Origin: Octopus sinensis | Lineage: Eukaryota | NCBI RefSeq assembly: GCF_006345805.1 | Contig: NC_042998.1 | Location: forward strand, 146,010,001 to 146,074,000 | Length of the DNA: 64,000 bases | Direction of reading: 5' to 3' | Shown: positions 62,201 to 64,000 of the stretch, piece by piece | How positions within the stretch are numbered: position 1 is the stretch's first letter | How the letters are laid out: the number at the start of each line of letters is the position of its first letter | The notes under the pieces: generated by a model | What the model saw: only the letters and a program-made list of their open reading frames with translations | What the model was told of the DNA's origin: nothing | The model's database searches: none | Position numbers and translations under genes: made by a program

Positions 62201-62596
62201 CTTTACCTCAATATTTTTAAACATATGAACTTTCTATCAAGACTTGTGTAATCACTTTACTATAATCCCTTTATAAATCCTATTTTATAATTCAATAATG
62301 TTACTGGATCAATAATTTAAATCTGAATGAGAGGAAGTCAAATAAATTAATTAATTAATGAGGAAAAAAAATGTTGTTATAAATGTTTTATTTATTAAGT
62401 GATGATGGTTTATGTTTTTGTAAATGTTGTATTAGTGGAGCTGAATTAAATTCAATTATTTTGTTTTTATTATTATTATTATAGCATGAGGATTATCCGG
62501 AACTAGAACTTGGTGAACACAGCATATTTTATAAACTTGGACAAAGTGGACTAATCTCCTTCTCTGATTACATCCTGTTGCTGACTGTACTATCAA
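30008..62596 (+). CDS. MICU1: Calcium uptake protein 1, mitochondrial; 5' part, continues beyond window
   Basis: Core exons 30008-30438, 30657-30795, 31832-31997, 33226-33263 and 62485-62596 join in phase. Product includes a TM-like YLLTLGSILVVTLIYA, polybasic [40 protein letters not shown]...MTPADFVRSITPG..QPDGLGLDQFRKFDPK and HEDYPELELGEHSIFYKLGQSGLISFSDYILLLTVLS. Confidence 0.96.
30897..31103. mobile_element. piggyBac-like MITE (family 1)
   Basis: TTAA-CCCATTTGTTA ... GGTAACAAAGAGA-TTAA; same internal sequence as 47274-47465. Confidence 0.6.
32036..32551 (+). mobile_element. Two tandem SINE family B copies separated by an (ATT)n tract
   Basis: Copies at about 32036-32247 and 32344-32551, each with GAGTTCAAATTCC; (ATT/ATC)n at about 32250-32345. 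Confidence 0.8.
33853..34528 (+). mobile_element. 5'-truncated RTE-clade LINE (end of ORF2 plus 3' UTR), relatively young
   Basis: Translates KHDLRTLGLTEEMTRDRDLWKCAVREKTRQDK*. CpG-rich 3' UTR with an internal ~100-bp duplication (about 34028-34230) and a (GAT)n tail; same family as 46325-47231. Confidence 0.8.
38470..38481 (+). CDS. MICU1: Candidate 12-nt MICU1 microexon (KDSL)
   Basis: ...CATCTCTTTTTGCCTTTAG|AAGGATTCATTG|GTGAGT; phase 0, no stop, TGC at -9 to -7. Confidence 0.68.
39387..39564. repeat. Foldback hairpin: 35-bp perfect outer arms plus 31-bp inner arms
   Basis: 39387-39421 is the exact reverse complement of 39530-39564. Inner TAAAGAAAGTAGTCAAATATTGGGGCATATA pairs with TATATGCCCCATTATTAGACTATTTTCTTTA with 3 mismatches. 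Confidence 0.88.
39790..39985 (+). mobile_element. RTE-clade reverse transcriptase fragment
   Basis: Translates QLKTMLTELDIKSSAVGLKMNRMKTKFI...*...EIEEVKEYVYLGQEV, flanked by (TA)n. Confidence 0.8.
43485..43870 (+). mobile_element. RLE-type non-LTR retrotransposon (HERO/NeSL-like) C-terminus and 3' UTR
   Basis: Translates KFAKYRELVEQCKNQS*QTRCKVIEVGCQSVMG...KAAKKATR*L, matching the K..KY..L / IEVGC.G restriction-like endonuclease pattern. Confidence 0.62.
45177..45397. mobile_element. piggyBac-like MITE (family 2)
   Basis: TTAA-CCTTTTAGCGTT ... AATGCTAAAGGG-TTAA; related partial copies start near 2757 and 14225. Confidence 0.7.
46325..47231 (+). mobile_element. 5'-truncated RTE-clade LINE
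   Basis: Translates RRLCWYGHVARMDEDSCGKK...GRGRPRKIWDEVVKHDL...DRDLWKYAV*, followed by a long 3' UTR and (GAT)n tail. Isolated pieces of this 3' UTR recur throughout the window. Confidence 0.85.
47274..47465. mobile_element. piggyBac-like MITE (family 1)
   Basis: TTAA-CCCTTTTGATACCA ... TGGTAACAAAAGGG-TTAA. Confidence 0.78.
47990..48460 (-). mobile_element. Degraded RTE-type LINE C-terminal fragment
   Basis: Minus strand translates WIDIKEWTGNKSLADCMYAAQHRGNWR. Confidence 0.55.
50675..50692 (+). CDS. MICU1: Candidate 18-nt MICU1 microexon (NPRTSK)
   Basis: ...CTTTTATTTACTTCCTTAATCAG|AATCCTCGGACATCCAAG|GTAAGT; consensus donor, phase 0, no stop. Confidence 0.7.
56221..56419. mobile_element. 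piggyBac-like MITE (family 1)
   Basis: TTAA-CCCTTTCATTAC ... GTAACGAAAGGG-CTAA. Confidence 0.65.
57610..57825. repeat. Inverted repeat with 33-bp perfect arms
   Basis: 57610-57642 (ACACAGTTCTACTTGAACTGGTTTAAAACAAGG) is the exact reverse complement of 57793-57825; weaker complementarity extends to about 57545 and 57880. Confidence 0.9.
58185..58220 (+). CDS. MICU1: Candidate 36-nt MICU1 cassette exon (AYDVSAISNIWL)
   Basis: ...TTGACTTTCATTTATTTCTGTTGTAG|GCT...TGGCTG|GTAAGC; phase 0, no stop. Confidence 0.58.
58937..58969 (+). CDS. MICU1: Candidate 33-nt MICU1 cassette exon (DMSTELVEGLE)
   Basis: ...TTTCTTTTGTGTTCAG|GATATG...CTCGAG|GTATTG; phase 0, no stop, TGCATG at 58987-58992. Confidence 0.6.
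61680..62045 (+). mobile_element. Two tandem SINE family B copies
   Basis: AGTTCAAATTTCACCAAGGTCAACTTTGCCTTTCATCC... and AGTTCAAATCCCACCAAGGTC...GTGCCAAAAATTGAAACC. Confidence 0.7.
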
Positions 62597-62699
62597 GTAA
62601 CTTGATCCATTTCCTTCACTTCATATTTTATATCATAATCATTTTTTTTCTCATTCATAGTCTGGTTGTTTGTTTGAGCCTTTACTTTATTTTTTTTTT

Positions 62700-63625
62700 T
62701 TTTTTTCTGTCATAAAATCATTGTCCCTAAAGACTATCTTTCAATGGGTCAAACAGGTGGAAGTTGGAGGACACCAGATCCAGGCTGTACATGCTATATA
62801 CCTGCCCATTGCCTTCTCTGTGACCAAAGTTGTGTGCTCTCGCACATTTTCCTGACAAATGGGGATTGTTTTCAGATACTTGTTCTGTCTCTTACTCTGA
62901 ATCACCTCTCTTAGTTTATCTTGATGTATCACTTACTGCTCACAGTACAGCTATATTCCACAAAAATAAAAGAGAACAATGCCCTTGTCATTCCAACAAA
63001 CAGTCTCCATGATTTTCTGAGCTGGTTGCTATCTCCTGAACATCAGCCTTGGAGAAAAGATGGAATACCATTCCCTAGACTGAGCCTTTATTTCTTGATC
63101 ATGAAGATATAGCCCTTTTTCATTGTCACCAGGTCAGGAAAATAAATTTTAAAAAACTATCCTTATTGGCTTCAGACAATTCTAGTAGTTCAGAGCAGAC
63201 TCCCACCTTTCTCTTCTTCAAATCAAATGCCATCTGCCAAGTTACTCAGTTTGCATATACCTTTTGATACCCAGAGTCTTCTATTGTGACCAGAGTCCAG
63301 TAAACAGATTGTGACTCATCTGCCACACCAATCAGTTTGTCCATTTGCTGGCAATCACAGTTGATGGTCTTCCAATGCATGGATTGTCTTCAAACTGTGC
63401 ACATTGCCTTCTACATATGCCAAACAACCTGTACCCCTTCTTCATCAAAAACTTGACAGCGTATTGTGTATGCTCACATTATTAGCATGCAATGAAGACG
63501 AACAGGAAGAAAAGTTACTCTACCAGTATGTGCAAGTTGAACAACCTATTTCTATTAATGGAAAAGTTATTCCCACTTTCAAGACAAACCTCATGTGTCT
63601 ATACATGAGATAAGTTTGATAATCT
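62700..63625 (-). mobile_element. Degenerate mariner-family transposase
   Basis: Minus-strand pieces QPAQKIMETVCWNDKGIV (cf. KVM.TVFWD.KG), LREVIQSKR...CQENVREHT (cf. HDNARPH) and MYSLDLVSSNFHLFDPLK (cf. YSPDLAPSDFHLF..LK). Confidence 0.7.
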
Positions 63626-64000
63626 ATTATTTGCTTATATTTGCCTTGATCTGTAATAAAATCAGCTTTGATCTCATCCTTTAACATATGCTCAATAGCT
63701 ACAACCAGAAATTCTACTTAACTCCTGTACATATATAATTGCTGACTATGTTTTATATTTGTTGCCCACTGTACTCACTCCTTTGTCTATTTTGACTCAG
63801 TAACTTTACTTATCCTGACTAATACAGTTTCTCTCATAATAATTTCCACTCAATACGTGTCTTTGATAAAGCAGAGTTAAAACATTTCATCTCTAACAAA
63901 TAACAACTGTAATGTTAACATTACAACAAACACTCGTCTAATGTACTGGTTGTGTTAGACTATTGAAGTGTGTTATCATGAAAACACTGCCAAATCAAAA

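Overview
AT-rich, intron-rich eukaryotic DNA full of SINEs, LINE fragments, DNA-transposon remnants and (TA)n runs. The repeat repertoire suggests an octopod cephalopod; this is inferred, not proven. Three spliced genes are supported by exon-by-exon reconstruction. (1) The last four coding exons of a PLP-dependent threonine/serine dehydratase-like enzyme (+, 3229-10889). (2) A complete 5-exon PCNA (-, 22955-16396, 261 aa). (3) The 5' part of MICU1, the mitochondrial Ca2+ uniporter gatekeeper (+, ATG at 30008, last exon seen 62485-62596), apparently head-to-head with PCNA across a short E2F-site promoter. The strongest unexplained signal is in the 29-kb MICU1 intron (33264-62484). It holds four short, phase-0, stop-free candidate exons with good splice sites (12, 18, 36 and 33 nt), at the junction where mammals insert the MICU1.1 microexon. 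A possible frame-shifting exon and two strong hairpins lie nearby. Other notable structure: a 1.5-kb foldback element with an 8-bp target duplication in PCNA intron 1, a 92-nt block copied into two PCNA introns, and a perfect 47-bp palindrome at a DD37D transposon end. No CRISPR array, rRNA or bona fide tRNA was seen. All alignments and folds were done by eye; repeat boundaries are approximate.
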